Assembly (NCBI GenBank): GCA_003221005.1
Contig: QHTZ01000081.1
Coordinates: 1-64,000 of the forward strand
DNA length: 64,000 nt
Reading direction: 5' to 3'
From: Gemmatimonadota bacterium
GTDB lineage: Bacteria; Gemmatimonadota; Gemmatimonadetes; Gemmatimonadales; GWC2-71-9
The notes beneath the pieces are model-generated. The model saw only the letters and a list, made by a program, of their open reading frames with translations, made no database searches and was not told the DNA's origin. The position numbers and the translations under genes are program-made. The stretch's first letter is position 1, and each line of letters begins with the position of its first letter. This document shows positions 63,064-64,000 of the stretch, in pieces.

Positions 63064-64000
63064 GTGGTGGCGCTGGACGAGGGCCGGGCCGCGCTGGAGC
63101 GCGGCCGGCCAGTGGTGCTGGTGACTCCCCCTGCTCCGGAGCAGGCGGGGGCAGTGTGGGAGTTGGTGGGGACCACCCCCGGGGTGGGGGTGGGGCCCGC
63201 CGTGCTCATAGCATGCTGCGACGCAGTGAGCGCAGCTGAATGGGCGGCTGTCGCGCCCGCCGGGCTCCGGGTCCATGCGGTCAGCGGCCTCGCCCGCAGC
63301 GCCCGCATCCTCAAGGAGCACCCGCCCGAAGTGCTGGTCGGCGCCGTCGCCGACCTCGCCGCGCTGGTCGCGCGGTCCGCGCTGAACTGCGACGCCGTCG
63401 CCACGCTCGCCGTCGCCTGGCCCGAGCTGCTCGTCGCAGGCGAGCAGGCCGCGACGCTCGACACGCTACTCGGCGCGGCGCGCGACGCCCGCCGCATCGT
63501 GCTCAGCTGGAATCCCTCCACACTCACGGACTTCCTCGAGCGACACGCGCGCCGTGCCGAGGTGATCGGCACCCCGGCACCTGCGGCCGGGCCGGCGGGC
63601 GCCGCACGCTACGCGGTCGTCGCACCGTCACGCCGCGCCGCCGCCTTGCGCGAGGCGCTCGACCTCCTCGACCCGAAGCATCCTCTGGTCTGGGACGGAG
63701 ACCCGGCCGAGCCCGCCGCGACGCCGGACGCGGTGTTCTGCATGCGGCTCCCCACGCGGGAGCAATTCGCCACGCTGTCACGGCTCAGCCCGCCCGTCGT
63801 CTTCGTGACGGGAGCGCAGCTCCCTTACCTCCGTTCAATCGCGGCGCCGCTGACTCCCCTGCACCTCCCCTCGGGCGCCGATCTCGCGCACGACCGCGCG
63901 GAGGCGCTGCGCGCCCGCATCGCGGAGCGGCTCGAAGCGCGCGACCACGACGCCGAGCTGGCGCTACTCGACCCGTTGTTCGAGCGGTACGATCCGGCGG
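63064..64000 (+). CDS. Degenerate DEAD-box-helicase-like protein, runs off window end
   Basis: Open frame after a GAGGA SD; RecA-like strand pattern (PAVLI, EVLVG..DL..LV.RSAL....V..L..AW) without intact helicase motifs. Confidence 0.45.
   Translation, partial: MVALDEGRAALERGRPVVLVTPPAPEQAGAVWELVGTTPGVGVGPAVLIACCDAVSAAEWAAVAPAGLRVHAVSGLARSARILKEHPPEVLVGAVADLAALVARSALNCDAVATLAVAWPELLVAGEQAATLDTLLGAARDARRIVLSWNPSTLTDFLERHARRAEVIGTPAPAAGPAGAARYAVVAPSRRAAALREALDLLDPKHPLVWDGDPAEPAATPDAVFCMRLPTREQFATLSRLSPPVVFVTGAQLPYLRSIAAPLTPLHLPSGADLAHDRAEALRARIAERLEARDHDAELALLDPLFERYDPA

Overview
GC-rich, gene-dense 64-kb chromosomal segment, mostly housekeeping. Gene content and style suggest a Gemmatimonadota-like bacterium (inference). 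Left to right it holds: the 5' part of tuf preceded by four tRNAs (Thr-TGT, Tyr-GTA, Gly-TCC, Thr-GGT); cysS; DUF1611/AI-2E/pspA with three tandem PspB-like paralogs behind uvrA; a cutA-TPR-macro-transglutaminase-ABC operon; ccmE/F/H; glpK; dciA-gyrB; a PAS hybrid kinase; pdp; ligA; tldD/pmbA; fadD; a PTPS-folE-SDR pterin operon; a probable unannotated 6S RNA; an M13 peptidase; a nurA-herA-X-mre11(sbcD)-rad50(sbcC) operon; and aspC. The most striking unexplained structure is a dispersed family of degenerate 7-mer (sometimes 8-mer) tandem-repeat arms. One inverted pair brackets a four-helix-bundle (IVP/Avd-like) gene wedged between two convergent stop codons. Five 'empty' inverted pairs and several solo arms sit in intergenic DNA or in frame inside housekeeping CDSs, and one solo arm lies next to a GTAG REP palindrome. 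At least six genes also show short internal deletions or frameshifts that may be assembly artefacts.
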